DNA of 34,073 nucleotides from an uncultured Ilumatobacteraceae bacterium (GTDB lineage Bacteria; Actinomycetota; Acidimicrobiia; Acidimicrobiales; Ilumatobacteraceae): NCBI GenBank assembly GCA_964428115.1, contig CAYRXQ010000004.1, positions 1 to 34,073 of the forward strand, read 5' to 3'. Shown piece by piece: positions 33,789 to 34,073 of this stretch (position 1 is its first letter; each line of letters starts with the position of its first letter). The notes under the pieces were generated by a model. It saw only the letters and a program-made list of their open reading frames with translations, ran no database searches and was not told where the DNA came from. The position numbers and the translations under genes were made by a program.

Positions 33789-34073
33789 ATGGCCCATCCC
33801 GCCAGCACCCCTCCCGACGCACCACCCACCGTCGAGGCCGTCATGGGCGTGCTCGCGACCGTGATCGACCCCGAGCTCGGCGCCGACATCGTCACCCTCG
33901 GCATGGTGCCGGGCGTGCAGGTCGACGACGACGGGGTCGTGCACGTCGGCATCAAGCTCACCATCGGTGGCTGCCCACTGCGGGCCGAGATCAAGCGCGA
34001 GGTCGAAGAGCGCATCGGCCGCCACCCGGGCGTGGTCGAGGTGCGCATCGACTGGGGCGAGATGACCCCCGAG
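33789..34073 (+). CDS. Mrp/ApbC-family Fe-S cluster carrier, N-terminal DUF59 (MIP18) domain (3' end beyond window)
   Basis: The frame is open from the ATG at 33789 to the window end, which is why it is not in the track. The translation reads MAHPAS...VEAVMGVLATVIDPELGADIVTLGMVPGVQVDDDGVVHVGIKLTIGGCPLRAEIKREVE. TAAAAT (33777-33782) lies 6 nt upstream of the ATG. Confidence 0.8.
   Translation, partial: MAHPASTPPDAPPTVEAVMGVLATVIDPELGADIVTLGMVPGVQVDDDGVVHVGIKLTIGGCPLRAEIKREVEERIGRHPGVVEVRIDWGEMTPE

Overview
This is a high-GC (roughly 70%), very tightly packed chromosomal segment. Hallmark genes point to Actinomycetota: WhiB, an OmpR-type GlnR, type II plus type I glutamine synthetases, and a BagAB/Get3-like ArsA ATPase pair. 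It may be an Acidimicrobiia-like lineage, but that cannot be established from the sequence alone. I support 35 CDSs and one tRNA. In order they are: lysC (3' part), a SAM methyltransferase, a gluzincin-like lipoprotein, asd, a small MazG-like protein, a DUF4157 zincin-like protein with a PI4K-like domain, and an Afp15-like AAA+ ATPase. Next come tRNA-Pro(CGG), an operon of two ArsA/Get3-like ATPases plus a receiver-only response regulator, NfeD, WhiB, selB-selA, dut, a Nudix hydrolase, a YibE/F membrane protein, a CadI/ArsI-like VOC protein and nadE. A nitrogen cluster follows (glnII, glnA, glnR), preceded by a four-site GlnR-type operator. A long minus-strand gene string then runs ridA, tag, a small ORF, a PLP decarboxylase, an 8-oxoguanine-deaminase-like amidohydrolase and an SGNH lipoprotein. 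The window ends with a compact 2Fe-2S/xanthine-dehydrogenase-like fusion, an HhH membrane protein, a fasciclin-OmpA protein, erpA, an ArsR-like regulator with four Cys, and the start of mrp/apbC. No CRISPR array, transposase, integrase or rRNA is visible. The best candidate for an undescribed system is the two-gene module at 5029-9343. It pairs an Afp15-like AAA+ ATPase with a 788-aa protein whose N-terminus is a DUF4157 (eCIS-toxin-marker) HExxH domain and whose centre carries type II PI4-kinase-like catalytic motifs. The module sits next to a tRNA, is slightly lower in GC and is Lys-rich. No contractile-injection structural genes are nearby. Most other long ORFs in the six-frame track are Arg/Pro/Gly-rich antisense or out-of-frame artefacts of the GC content.
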